DNA of 64,000 nt from Octopus vulgaris (taxonomy: Eukaryota), in the NCBI GenBank assembly GCA_951406725.2, contig OX597828.1:51584001-51648000 (forward strand), written 5' to 3'. Below are positions 28,225 to 42,640 of the stretch, piece after piece (within the stretch, counting starts at the first letter, position 1; every line of letters begins with the position of its first letter). Below the pieces are notes generated by a model. The model saw only the letters and a list, made by a program, of their open reading frames with translations, did no database searches and was not told the DNA's origin. A program made the position numbers and the translations under genes.

Positions 28225-28635
28225 CAAATTTTGGCACAAGGTCAGCAATTTCGGTGGGGGGAGATAAATCGATTACATTGACCCCCAGTGCTCAACTGGT
28301 ACTTATTTCATCGTCCCCGAAATTATAAAAAGCAAAGTCGACACCCAGCGATATTAAAGTCGAAGCCGGCGAGCTGGCAGAAACGTTAGCGTGCCTAGCG
28401 GTATATCGTCTGCCGTTACGTTCTGAGTTCAAATTCCACCGAGGTAGACTTTGCCTTTCATCCTTTCGGGGTCGGTAAAATAAGTACGAGTTACGCACTG
28501 GGGTCGATATAATCGACTTAATCCGTTTGTCTGTCCTTGTCTGTACTCCCTGTGTTTAGCCCCTTGTGGGTAGTAAAGAAATAGGTATTAAAGTCGAAGA
28601 AATGCCATAAAGCGGTTACGATTCTGCCTGATCGC
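28225..28635. mobile_element. Young SINE B (+, 28366-28585) nested in an older SINE B (-)
   Basis: 14-bp direct repeat tattaaagtcgaag at 28352-28365 and 28586-28599. Confidence 0.85.
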
Positions 28636-29714
28636 CATCCTATTTACCGGTACCATTAACAATGCCTATACACAATCAAATATTTTATAGTTTATTCGCA
28701 AGTCGACAAGTGGTTAAGTGTGAAGATCATGATCATGCGAATGTGGGTTATATTCCCGTCCCAGAAAACGCGTCGTATCGTTGAGTAACGTTTATCACTC
28801 GCAGTTTCCGCAATCTGCTTTGCCAAACTGTTACAAGTGTGGATGTACTGTTAAGATGTTTACTTCCCATCCACTTGGTTTGGGATACAGTCTCTCAATG
28901 TGATACCTTCAACAAGTCTTCATAGCCCTGAGGCTAATGCCTTGTGAAAGAATCCAGTTGATGGAAACAACGAGGAATCTCTTGAGTTCATGTGTGTGCG
29001 GGCATGGATCAGTGTGTCTGTGCGCATATATGTGAATGTAAGTGCATGCTGGGTTTTTTCTGTTTCTCCTAACCATTTGACAAGCGGTTTTACTGCTCAT
29101 ATGTCGCTCTTAATTTAGTGGTTTCGGGAAAATAAACCGTTAGAATATGTATCATATTTAATAAAAATATTATTGACAATTTGCTCGACTGTACTCTTCA
29201 AAACTACAGTTCAATGACTGAATTTAAAAAAAATAAGTTATAAAACGAAAGATGCTAATTTCGCTACATCACTTGGAAGAAATCAACAATTGATAACTCA
29301 ACTTGTATTGGTAGCGGGAAGGCAGTGAGAAGTGAAGGAATGTAAAACGATCTGGCTTGTATGAAGGAAAGAAGTGAGAATTGATGGAAAATGATGTTGC
29401 AAGTGCTTTTGAGGTCAAATAATGAATAATTTAACAATCTATGGTATATTTCTAGAAGGCAGATGGAGAATTGTTGAGCAAGCTATGGCTTCTGAGAAAA
29501 TAGCTGTTCCTGTTTGCGTTAAAAAGTGAAAAAGCAATACACTTTTATCATAACATACCTCGAAGATCAAACACGATTTTTTTTTTATGAATTGAAATAC
29601 GAAAGAGGCAGAAATGCTAGCCTTATTCCTGAAATTGATGTCAGTGAGGTTACAATAGATATTAGATCAAACAAAAGAAGCAATAAACTAGAAGATATAA
29701 CATATAGTGTCGTA

Positions 29715-31842
29715 CGTTTGGCCGGATGATTAGAAATTTTCTTTGCAACCACATGGTTTCAGATTTAGTTTCACTGCGTGGTATCTTTGGTAAATGTTTT
29801 CTAGCATAGCCTCAGGTGGATTGAAGACTTATAAATGGATTTGATCATTTATATATATATATATATATATATACAAAATAAGAAAATGGAGAAATACATC
29901 TAAATCAAATATCATTTACCAGATAATACCCAATCACATACTTTATTAAACCACCACATAAGAAACTTTAAGGACAAACATAATAATGTAGAACAAAATA
30001 GTGTATATAAAGGAGTGTACACAAAAGAGTAATGTTATACAATAATTACAATATGTATAAGAGAATATAAAAATAAGTAAATATAAGTATAAATATAGAC
30101 TACATCTTACAGCTGTTTCGGCCATGCAGATAAGTATGCCTCGTAGTTATAAATGAGACATTTACAAAAATATTCTAAGGCCTCATCGGAGATTATGTGA
30201 TACAAATCAGATTACATACACATTTATATAGGTGTGGGTACATACCCATAATAAAACATATATATACATATGAGTGCATATACTCACACTCCTATACATA
30301 TAAATATACATATACATAATGATATAAATAATATAGATCAATAAACATATATATGTTCCACATTCAATGTTACAGTTTTTCAACTTAATATTGTGATAAT
30401 TACAATGTAGAAAAACATACACATATTAATACCTAAATGCAGATATACAGAGTCAAGTGTACATTATATTAATTCTTAACAATTTCCAAAATGTCATTAA
30501 TGTTAGCATCATTATCATTATCATTACCACTAATGCTACCAATATCATCATTCGTATTATTATTAATAACGCTAATACTAGAAAAACAATATATAGATTC
30601 CATTATTAGCAATATAGTTACATTAGTTCTACAATACCATGCAAAGTGTTAAATATCTGCATATACATATGAAATATGAAACAAAAGCATTCTGTTCACA
30701 CGACATTAAGATCCACTGATGCACAGATGTACTTTCGAGTTCAAATTTATAATTTCCAATGTGACAGAAATACACTATTACTTTCAGAAATAGATACGAA
30801 TCTAGCGCTAAACTATGATTGGCTTGTGGATTTGAATTTAAATTACCATTGTCTTCCTTACGGTTAGTTTGTTGGGGAAAAAAAAACTATACCAACATTT
30901 ATACACACACCCACACACATACACACGTACATCCGCACATATACATAAACACATACACTCTCATGCACTGCGTCTGCAAACATTCGCATATACTTATATA
31001 CACATTTAAATATGCATTTGCGTACTCATACGTATAAAAAAACATATACATATATATCTAACCATGAATATACATATCCATACAAAAACATACATACACA
31101 TATATATATACACATGAATACATTTCGACATATCCACATATATTTACTAAGTTACAAAATATATGTCTGTCATCAAATCGCGTATAGATAAACCAGCAGA
31201 GGCAGGGACAGCTATAGCAACGTTTATACACTCACACACACACACACATATATATATATATAATATAATATAAATAATATATAAATATATGTATATATAC
31301 ATATATATATGTACATACCTACATATATATGTATATATACATGCATATATGGGTACAGGACATCAAAACATCGTTGTACACAATGAGAAACGAAAAAATA
31401 AAAAAAACGAACTTTTTTTCAAACAACGAAAAAAAGGAGTACAAGACATACAACACAAGGAATATTTCCCTTCTTCACTTGTCCCTATTTCGTCTACTCG
31501 CCGTTTCGAAGGTAAGGACAAGACGAAAATTCTTTGAAACAGTCCTTCCCGCAAAGCAAATTAAAGAAAATTTGGGATTTTTTGCAGAGGGGTAAAAGTG
31601 ATAACAGGAACAGGACAGTAAGAACAAAACAAACAGTAACAACAATACAAGTAAAAACAGTAATAGACAGGACAAAGAGAATAACACAGTAAAAACAAAC
31701 GAAGAGGGCTGTTAAGCCAAGACGATGGAACAATTATTATGAACGCATTAAGGAAATAGCTTATGAGAGGGACAGGATAAACCGTCTTGTCTCGGTGAAG
31801 ATAGCAGTTGGAAAAATGTCTTCCCTCTGACATATATATGCA

Positions 31843-31922
<80 letters not shown>

Positions 31923-32140
31923 GCTGTGTCTGTGTGTGTATACGTGTGTATGTGCGTGTGACAGTTTGTGTGTCTTTTGCCCCACGCCACATCTTGACTA
32001 AAGGTGTTGCTCTGACACCAATACTAAAAGTACCAGGTTTAAAAATAATTACTGGAACCGATTCGTTCGACTAAAACCTCATCTATACCGTACTCCAGCA
32101 TGGCCGCTGTCTAATGAGTGAAACAATTGAAAGATAAAAG
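29715..32140 (+). mobile_element. Probable single old SINE A with 5' half (~29715-29850) and 3' half (~31880-32140) separated by about 2 kb of inserts
   Basis: The two halves are collinear, on the same strand, and each abuts a (TA)n tract. Confidence 0.5.
30104..30193 (-). ncRNA. Type-I hammerhead-like motif
   Basis: Reverse complement atct-CCGATGA-ggcc...ggcc-GAAAC-agct-GTA-agat. Confidence 0.65.
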
Positions 32141-32438
32141 TTACTTTTATCTTTTACTAGATCATAGTCCAGTTCGTATTCCTAACATTTACCTGCACTG
32201 TTTTAAGGATTACTTCTTTTATAAACGTACGAAATAGTAGACTAAAATAGTATATGTGATAATTCGATTACTATTTGAAATAATCAAGTTCCAGGCTGAC
32301 AGAAAGAAGCTAGTTATATCATAATGTATTTAAGTTATTACACAACTTTATTCGGTTTGTCGACATTTTTCTTTCTTTAAATAAATTTCTAAAAGTAAGC
32401 CACATATGATCTTCCTGAGACATATACAGTCTCTAATA

Positions 32439-32844
32439 GGCGGAGGAGTGGCTGTGTGATAAGTAGCTTGTTTACCAACCACATGGTTCCGGGTTCAGTC
32501 CCACTGCGTGGCACCTTGGGCAAGTGTCTTCTACTATAGCCTCGGGCCGACCAAAGCCTTGTGAGTGGATTTGGTAGACGGAAACTGAAAGAAGCCCGTC
32601 GTATGTATGTATATATATATATGTATGTGTGTGTTTGTGTGTCTGTGTTTGTCCCCCTAGCATTGCTTGGCAACCGATGCTGGTGTGTTTATGACCCCGT
32701 TACTTAGCGGTTCGGTCAAAGAGACCGATAGAATAAGTACTGGGCTTACAAAAGTCCCGGGGTCGAGTTGCTCGATTAAAGGCGGTGCTCCAGCATGGCC
32801 GCAGTCAAATGACTGAAACTAACAAGAGAGTAAAAGAGTAAAAG
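32439..32844 (+). mobile_element. SINE family A
   Basis: Full-length match to family A. Confidence 0.92.
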
Positions 32845-33159
32845 TGTCTATTAACTAATCACACCGAATAGCCAGTAGATTTTTATATTCTTTCACACAT
32901 TAAGCACATATATCTTTCTTCAACCCAGAAAGAAGCTCCGGTTGTACTGACGCATTTCAAACAAATTGCCTTTCGTCAAGTTTAAAGAGAATTAATGTCA
33001 TGTTTGAACAAAAAAATCGGATAATGCCCAAATAATGCTAATGAAATGATAGTTTGAATAAGAGGTAAAAAAAATAGCAACAACGACTGTCTAATGATTT
33101 GGTGGTTGTGGCAATAGTGAAACACGAACACAAAGACAGCTACCATTCAGTTATACATA

Positions 33160-33443
33160 TTTATGTGTGTATGTAAGTATGTATGTATGTATGTATGTAT
33201 GTATGTATGTATGTATGTATGTATGTATGTATGTATGTATGAATGTATGTATGTATGTATGTATGTATATATGTATGTATGTATGTATGCATGTATGTAT
33301 ATATGTATGTATGCATGCATGTATGTATGTATGTGTGTATATATGTATGTAAGCATGCATGCATATATGTATGTGTGAACGCATTATGTACGTGCGTATG
33401 TATGCTGTATCTGTGTATGTTTGTATGTATATATGTATGTACG

Positions 33444-33474
<31 letters not shown>

Positions 33475-33480
33475 ATGTAT
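33160..33480. repeat. (GTAT)n microsatellite
   Basis: Directly visible. Confidence 0.95.
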
Positions 33481-34022
33481 ACATGCAGTGTAATGTATGA
33501 ATTTATAGAATCGTATGGCCATCAAACAATGCTTCTCTAACAGATTCGGCTAACAAACAACATAGGAATCTAATGCAAAAGCCTATAGTGTAGTGTTCTA
33601 TGTAGTTGAAATCCAGAACATTCCTGAAGACTCAGGAGGTATGAGACCTAAATATTTCTAATTAATTACCTGACATCCTTACAACTAAGGCGGTTTTGCT
33701 GCCTTTACCAGGTAATTATAAGTCCGGTGTACAATAAATTATATTTACATAACTGCATTAATATGCATGCTACCCATTATACAGTATATTTGCGTATTCA
33801 CAAGTCAACGCCAATGAAGAAAACTAGAATATCATGCTTACACCAACTAAGATGCCCTGGTGTCCAGATTGGGTAGGTTTCCGTAGATCCATTGGCTTGT
33901 GAATACACGGACACATAACATGCATATTAATGCGAGCATATATATGTAGTCTATTATAAACTGAAATTATTATTACATGATGAAATTTGAGAAAAGGCCG
34001 CAATGCCCAGAATATCAAGTGG

Positions 34023-34086
<64 letters not shown>

Positions 34087-34132
34087 ATATACATATATAT
34101 ATATACATATATATACTCACACACACATGAAC

Positions 34133-34180
<48 letters not shown>

Positions 34181-34225
34181 CACACGCATAAAATAAATAT
34201 ATGTATATATATTATACACACACAC

Positions 34226-34813
34226 ATATAAATCAGAAATGAAAAAAAAAACTATAAATTGAACAATTATAAATTCAATTCAATTTAAATATTTTATACA
34301 AAAAAATGACACATCTTATAAATTACACCTGGTTCCGCTTCATTCATAAAACGAAGTTTTTCAAGAATAATCAAATACGTTTAAATATGTAATGATGCTT
34401 TATCAGATTAACATACCTTCTTAACTATGTGTCGAAAAATATCAAGTAAAGATATTTATATCTAAATATTTACAAAGACGCTATATGAAGGAGCTTAATC
34501 ATACATAAGTAAATACTCTAACTGAAATTTTGTAAATTCATGACTATAAATCTATAACTATTCCGTTCTATAACCGGTTTATTGGAACAATACAGCATTT
34601 ATTTATACACATCTCGTGTGTGCCGTTGGCGATTTTTTCCCTCTGTCTTCCCTTCTTTGGATCTTTCCTTCTCCTATGTTTCCGACGAAGAGCTCCGCTC
34701 GAAACGTTAAGCCCTTCTTCTTTCCTTCTTTCCTGGGCGTCCAATAATACTATATTTGTTCCACGTCCTCGCTTTGTTGTGTTTTTTTTGTGCATTCTTG
34801 TTTGGATTAACTT

Positions 34814-34889
<76 letters not shown>

Positions 34890-34938
34890 CACGTACGTAT
34901 ACACAGATGCATATACACATACACAAGTTTGGTTTTTC

Positions 34939-35003
<65 letters not shown>

Positions 35004-35490
35004 CTTTACAATTGACATTCATATATTATTCACACACGGACACACATGTATCTATTTATGTTAGAACATTATTTTATATATATTAATTCGCAACTAAATA
35101 TTTTAAATTTGACTATCAGAATGCAAGGAAGGTAACTATTTTTCCGTTTATATAAACAAAACGGAAAACAAAATCAGTTCGATACGGTCAACGAAAGCAA
35201 CTATTTAAATATATACATAGAACAAATACAAAATAATATAACACAAACGAAATGTCCCACATACTACCAACGAGCCAAAACAACAAATTAAATCAGATAA
35301 ATACGCTATATCTACATATATGTACCATTATTTCTTTACTCACATACACGTATTTAACGATACTTATAAAAGAAAACGAATAATGAAGCTACCACCATAA
35401 ATTGTATATATACACAAGACCCAAAATAACAGCAATATAAAACAATTTATTGTTTTAGTTTCCATTCAGCCATCACGCTTATATATACAC

Positions 35491-35562
<72 letters not shown>

Positions 35563-35626
35563 CTTTTATTTATGACATATATCTATATTATTTACTTACG
35601 CTTCCTTTATATTATTTAATTGCATT

Positions 35627-35680
<54 letters not shown>

Positions 35681-36062
35681 GTATATATATATATATATAC
35701 ATACATATAAACATTTGTATTGTGCAAATAAACCAGTTATATAACGGAATAGTTATAGTTTTAAACTTATGAATTTACAAAATTTCAGTTAGAATATTCA
35801 CTTATTTACGATTAAACTCGTCCATACAGCGTCTTTGTAGAGATTTAGATTTCACGAATATTTTCAATTGATATTTTTCGTCAAATAGTTAATATGGTAT
35901 GTTAATGTGATGTAGCATCATTACATATTTAAACGGATTTGATTATTCTTGCATAACTTCGCTTGTAATTTGCGAGATGTGTCGTTTGTATAAAATATTT
36001 AAATTGAATTGAATTTATAATTGTTCAATTTATTGTTTTTTTACAACATTTCTGATTTATAT
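34226..36062. repeat. Long diverged inverted repeat (arms ~34226-34592 and ~35716-36062)
   Basis: For example aaattgaacaattataaattcaattcaatttaaatattttatacaaa pairs with tttgtataaaatatttaaattgaattgaatttataattgttcaattt; collinear over about 350 bp. Confidence 0.85.
34610..34812 (+). mobile_element. Related cassette with hammerhead-like motif at 34678-34712, ending in (TA)n
   Basis: gttt-CCGACGA-a gagc tcc gctc-GAAAC-GTT-aagc; a degenerate relative lies at 15243-15270. Confidence 0.6.
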
Positions 36063-37561
36063 TTATTTTATTTACCCTCAGAAGTAACATTGTTATTGCT
36101 CTAGGTAATGCAAATCAGTAAATTCTTCGGATATTTAATATATCTTAAGTTTATTTCACACCTGGCTAAAATCTATACTAAAATCTTGAAAAATGAAAAT
36201 GAAATGAGTGCTCAACACCGCGTTGTTGGATGTAGTTTCTTTATTTCTGAATTAAGGCATTCATTGGTTTCATGTTCTGAAAGTAGGATCATATCCTAGT
36301 TTCTTCACAATTTTTCAAGCCGATCACTTGGAGAAAAGTGTTCGCCTCCGATTTCGGAAACGGAGCTTCGTTTAGTTCTCGGAGATTCTCGTGAATTCAC
36401 GTGAATACAAACAATGCATCAATGAATCAAGGGACATTACACTTGGGTGTCATCTTTTAGATATCTTGTCTCCCTTCAATTTCTCTCTTCCGCAAATTTT
36501 TATATGGTCTATTTGTTCGCAATGTTTTGTTTTTCTTCTGGGCATGATGCTCTTGTACTTGGGTGCTGTAGTAATTCGTCATTGGGATATATTTCTGCGT
36601 AGTGTGCAGTTTGTGTGCTATGTGTGTTCAGATTTCACATTCATCTGACCCATTTGATCGGCTTGAAAATTATTATAAAGGGGCGCATATTTTAAAATAA
36701 TATTCCTATAACTGATTGATAAATATTTAGCCAAAGATAAGTGTCAACATTAACGCCTCCTTCATATAGTTCTTTATTTTCAGAAAACTGACTAGAAATC
36801 TCTTATATAATTACAGTATCCAGTGATATTTATAACACAATCTTTAATATATCTACTATATTTATATCCACTATATATATATATATATATTATATTATAG
36901 TATATTGTATTATAGTATATTATATTTATATCTACTATATTTATTCCTATAAGTCTCTTTATCTCACATTTTCTGCTTCATCAATAATGCTGCTATCTTT
37001 TATTCAAACTGTCAAACTAGTACGAATTTTCATACAAATTCAAACAAGGTATTGTTGTTATGTATGCATTCACGCATAAACCTATTCACTATTCCAATTT
37101 TAAAGTCTATCCTTACTTTTACAAAGTAGCATCTCATTCCGCTTATCTTCACATTTCTGCAACAGGTATTTTTTATCGCTCTAGCAGAGGCGCCATATTT
37201 TTGCATATATTCTTAGCCTTCAATTATGAGTGAACTCTGAAACAATGATCTAATGAAATCTAAATATATCAGAAGTCTTGCCGCTTAAAAGGATAATAGA
37301 AATTCAAAATATATTCCTAATGATCTTTATATTAAAACTGAAATTATTACAAAGAATAACAATATTTTCGTGGTTTAGAAGCGAAATGTTATCTATGAAA
37401 AATATATTTCTTGATAAACATCTCAAAAGTTAAAATACACTTTTGTAGTCTGTTGATACGAATATTCCGTATAAATCATAGAAATAATAATTTTGTAATC
37501 TTTTCATTACCATTTACAAAATAACGTGTCGTTAAGCCGAAACCCCAATGATATACAGATA

Positions 37562-37637
<76 letters not shown>

Positions 37638-37803
37638 ATATATATTATGTGAAATAGAAAGATGAATAATCTTGTAGTAGATTAATCAAAAGTTTAACCG
37701 ATACCTTAGTAGCAAAAATCACAGCAGTAAACAGCACGGTTGGAGGTACAACCATATGGTGTTGCAACCGTGCGTTGGTGCGGATAATTGAAATTAAAAT
37801 ATT

Positions 37804-37910
37804 ATTGGTGAATTGAAGAAATGGAGCTGAACGCAGATTGAACAGAAATCGTTTTATTTATAAAACGATTTCTGTTCAATCTGCGTTCAGCTCCATTTCT
37901 TCAATTCACC

Positions 37911-37913
<3 letters not shown>
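37804..37913. repeat. Perfect palindrome, 54-bp arms with 2-nt spacer
   Basis: 37804-37857 is the reverse complement of 37860-37913. Confidence 0.95.
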
Positions 37914-37994
<81 letters not shown>

Positions 37995-38018
37995 TTGTGT
38001 GCGTGTGTGTGTATGCAT

Positions 38019-38074
<56 letters not shown>

Positions 38075-38243
38075 TAACACAAACATACAAACATGCATAC
38101 AAACACACACCATTATTGCTTTATGTATTGGCGTGTAATGTCTTTGCAGTAAGACAATTTAAAGTGATGAAACACAGTCTATATATAAATAGAAAAAGTT
38201 GTGAGAATCATTTTGAAATAGTGATCAATACGTCAGCCATTTA

Positions 38244-38640
38244 AGGCGGTGAGCTGGCAGAATGCCTTGTAAAATGCTTAGGGGCATTTCGTCCCTCTTG
38301 ACGTTCTGAGTCGTAATTCCGTTGAGATCGTCTTTCATCGTTTTGAGGTCGATAACATAATTACCAGTTGAGCCCTGTGGGCGGCTGTGATCGACCCACA
38401 GTGCTTCCTCTCTCGAACTTGCTGGCCATGTGCCAAAATTATCTCAGTCGATTAATGCAGCGATCTGCAAGAATCGTTAGCACGTCGAATGAAATGTCTA
38501 GCGTCATTTTGTCCGTCGACACTGAGGTCAACGCTGCCTGACATCCTTTCCGGTCGACGAAATAAGTACCAACAAAGAACTGGTGTTGATATAAACAACT
38601 TCTCCCTTCCCTGAAAATCTGTTGGTCTTATGAAACCAAT
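38244..38640 (+). mobile_element. Two degenerate SINE B copies in tandem
   Basis: ggcggtgagctggcagaat head, and a second head-like segment gcaagaatcgttagcacgtc. Confidence 0.7.
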
Positions 38641-39305
38641 ATATTACTTGATTTAAATTGTGTATCCTGGCAACCAAATGTTTTATTATTGATTACTCAT
38701 AGGCAGGGATGAAATTCCAATTCGAATGCCGCACGCTGTTAGAGAGCCTATACATTTGCTGTTGTCCATTTTTCAAAGGATCAAACAGAATGGCATTCCA
38801 TATCTGTGTATTTATTCTAGGTTTTCGGTATTTAGTTCCGTGAGCACTAAATTTGTAGATGAACAAAAAATGCCGTTAGAAATACAGAGGATGCTAATGT
38901 AACTGTCATAGAATATATAAGCACAAGCTGAGAAAAATGAGAAAATTTCTTGTAACGTGTCTGTAACGGAAAATACACGAGTTTCCAGGATCTGTGTTTG
39001 TAAGTTGTGTAGAACTGCAGTAACTTTTAACTTTGAGTTGCAATGCGTTGTGTATCAAATAACTATCAAATAACAGACTGTGCCAGTATCGGTGATCAAA
39101 AGTTATGTAACTCACTTATTCTATACATACAAAAGTCAGAACTGTATTTTATGATAGTTGCCGAAGCTTGAAATATCTTGTGGCTCGTAAAGCTGTCGTC
39201 CTGACGTTCATTTATCATGTCTCTCTCCGTCTGTGTCTGTCTGTCAGTCTCTGACATGTACATATATACATACATGAATATATGCATACATTCATACGTA
39301 TATAT

Positions 39306-39403
<98 letters not shown>

Positions 39404-39427
39404 ATATATATATATATATATATATAC

Positions 39428-39464
<37 letters not shown>

Positions 39465-39671
39465 TAGGGAGTATCTTTGGCTCTCAACTGTGGACTTTAT
39501 ATATATATATAATTTCTTTAATGGCATTATTAATTCTGCTGGACTAGGGCACTAGTCAGTTTCGAAAAAGTAGGCGTCGTAGCTGCTTAATAATGTCAAT
39601 ACGACGCTTACTTTTTCGAACTTGCTGGCCTTGTTCCAAAATTTGAAAGTAATACTAAATGGATGTAAGGC

Positions 39672-40035
39672 ATGTGGGCTGGCAGAATCGTTAGTACGTC
39701 GGGCAAAATGCTTAGCGGTATTTCGTCTGTGTTACGTTGTGAGTTCAAATTCCGCCGAGGTCGACTTTGCCTTTCATCCTTTCGGTGTCGATAAATTAAG
39801 TACCAGTTACGCACTGGGATCGATGTAATCGACTTAATACCTATGTCTGTCCTTGTTTGTCCCCTCTGTGTTTAGCCCCTTGTGGGTAGTAAAGAAATAG
39901 GTATTTCGTCTGCCGCTACGTTCTGAGTTCAAATTCCGCCGAGGTCGACTTTGCCTTTTTATCTTCAGGGGTTCATGTGATCAACCCACCCACTCCCTTG
40001 AAATTGTTAGGCTTGTGTCAAAACTTGAAAGCAAT
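39672..40035 (+). mobile_element. SINE family B dimer
   Basis: Tail aaagaaatag followed directly by internal gtatttcgtctg at 39900/39901. Confidence 0.9.
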
Positions 40036-41353
40036 CTTAAAGAATGGCATATTTAATTTTGATTGGATATTTAAGTAGGTTATGAGAACTATGATGAAAT
40101 TGAACTTCTTATATACTCTGTTAATTTCTGTTGTTTTCACCGTGAGAATATGTAATGTGGCAATAATTTTAGCCGAGAATTATGGCGGTGTACTTTTAGA
40201 TAGATACAAGTGATGTTTGGTTTGTTTTGATAAGTTAGACACTTATACCGTGGAAAGAAAAACACGAAGCAAGTAGACACCTAAATGTTATGCAAAGCCG
40301 GAAACCAAGATAAAGTGATAAAAAGATCAAGATGAAATAGATAACGGGTGCTGAAAGAGGGTGAAATGATAGGGAGTTGTAAGTCTGTATGAGTAAGTGT
40401 CTGAGACTGAGACAGTGTAAAAGAAAGAGATTGAGAGAGAGAGAGAGAGAGAGAGAGTGAGTGAGTGAGAGAGAGAGAGAGAGAAAGAACGAGTTAGAGA
40501 ATGAGAGCGAGGAAGCTACGGTTACATGTTTTCATTAAAGTTAAAAATCTGTCAACAAGACTTCTGTTGCATAAAATGTTGTGTAAATATAGGGAAAGGT
40601 AAAGCTATTGTTTACACTTAAAGAGTGAATGTTTACAGAGGGTATATACAATATAGAATTCAATCTATTCAGGTAACAGCTTAAAGAGGTAGCGCAGTTT
40701 GTTGAGACACGCTTTAAACGCCCTTCCCCCATTATCTTAATGCTAAACATTTAGCGTTTCATTCCCCGGTTTATTCGCTGATTCGATTATTCGTTTACAC
40801 TTTTACTGTTTTTAATTCAATAGACTACAAAGACAGCCGAATACAGACTTCACCGATTTAAGGGATGATGTTTTGGTCCATTGGTCATTTCAATTACGAA
40901 GTTGTTTTATCTATCTTTACTTTTATAGGACAGAGAGAGGCACAACATAAACGACATCGATTTTGATACCAATGAAAAGATAACACAGCAGCATAGAAAC
41001 CTTATGCGCGCATATACAGACGCGCACTCGCACATACACAATCAGACAAAACGCTCATACGTATGTGCGCATTAGACAACAACAAATGTTACCTTCTACT
41101 TAATATGGTAGGTCCGCAAATATAAAAAAAAAATTATGCATTCCATTCCTGGACTAGCACTTCTGGACAGAGCACTTCATTTCAGTTAGCTTTAGATTAC
41201 TCAAATCAAAATGGATATGAAGCGACATCGAATGCAACATTGATTCTTTCGATACTCGCCTGGGTCAAGGACGGGAAGGCCACGGAAGTAATGTCTAATT
41301 ATCGCTACTTACAGAAAAGAGTTACGTGTAGACAGCTCATACTTCCTACACTC

Positions 41354-41406
<53 letters not shown>

Positions 41407-41558
41407 CGCACACACATGTATCTATATATGTGTTATGTATGTGTGTATGTAAATATATATATATATATATATATATATTCACACATGTATAATGCAAACA
41501 AGCAAGAAGGATCGCCAGGTATCAATGCATTCAACTGACTCTTAATTATATTATATAT

Positions 41559-41709
41559 AGGCACAGGAGTAGCTCTGTGGCAAGTAGCTTGCTTTCCAAC
41601 CACATGGTTCCGAGTTCAGTCCCACTACATGGCACTTTGAGCAAGTGTCTCCTACTATAGCTAAACAAAGTGAGTGAATTTGTTAGACGGTAACTGAAAG
41701 AAGCCTGTC

Positions 41710-41767
<58 letters not shown>

Positions 41768-41930
41768 GTGTGTGTGTGTGAAAGTATGTGTATGTTTGCG
41801 TGTCTGTGTTTGTCCCCCCCCCTGCATTCACTTGACAACCGATGCTGGTGTATTTACGTCCCCGTAACTGAGCGATTCTCCAAAGTACTAGGCTTAGAAA
41901 TTATAAATCCTGGGGCCGACTTGTTGGACT
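41559..41930 (+). mobile_element. SINE family A (3'-truncated, expanded TA)
   Basis: Head and core match family A. Confidence 0.85.
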
Positions 41931-42399
41931 AGGATACAAGTCGAAGCTTGTATCCTAACCACGCACCCGTGCTTCACATATATCGTCTTTGGACTTATCA
42001 TTATTCCGTTTCCAGATTCCATTTACCGATGTAATTCCCACGTTTTACAAACAATCACGCCTAAGAAGATTACTGCTTAAAAAATCGATTTTATGCTTGT
42101 CTCCTCATAAACCCTGACAACCATATATTCTAATTTCATCTTGTGTGTCTGTTATATCAGCTTTAATTAAAGTTTATATCAATAAAGCTTCCTACGTATA
42201 TTTAGGTCTCTATACATCATGATTTATCTCTTGGCACTTAGCCAAATATTAATTGCATCAAAAATGCAAAAACGAAACGGATAGGTATATCTTCGAATTC
42301 AAAATTTACACGCGACACATTTCTCCCCTTCATGTCGTTAGCTCAAGACTGTGACCTAAAATGAATGCTCATAAAGAATAAAATATAATACCGCTTATA

Positions 42400-42640
42400 G
42401 TGTTTAGCCCCTTGTGGGCAATAAAGAAATAAGAATCGTTAGCACATAGAACAAACTTCTTAGTGGTATTTCAACGGTCCTTACGTTCTGATTTTAAATT
42501 ATGTCGAGGTCAACTTTGCCCTTCACCGTTTCACCCTTTCGGGGTTGATAAATGAAGTATCAGTTAAACTCTTGGACCCCTGTACTAAACCTACCAGTTT
42601 CCCCCGATATTGCTAGCATTGTGTTGAAATTTGAAACCAA
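42400..42640 (+). mobile_element. SINE B tail fragment fused to a degenerate B copy
   Basis: gtgtttagccccttgtgggcaataaagaaata|agaatcgttagcac junction. Confidence 0.75.
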
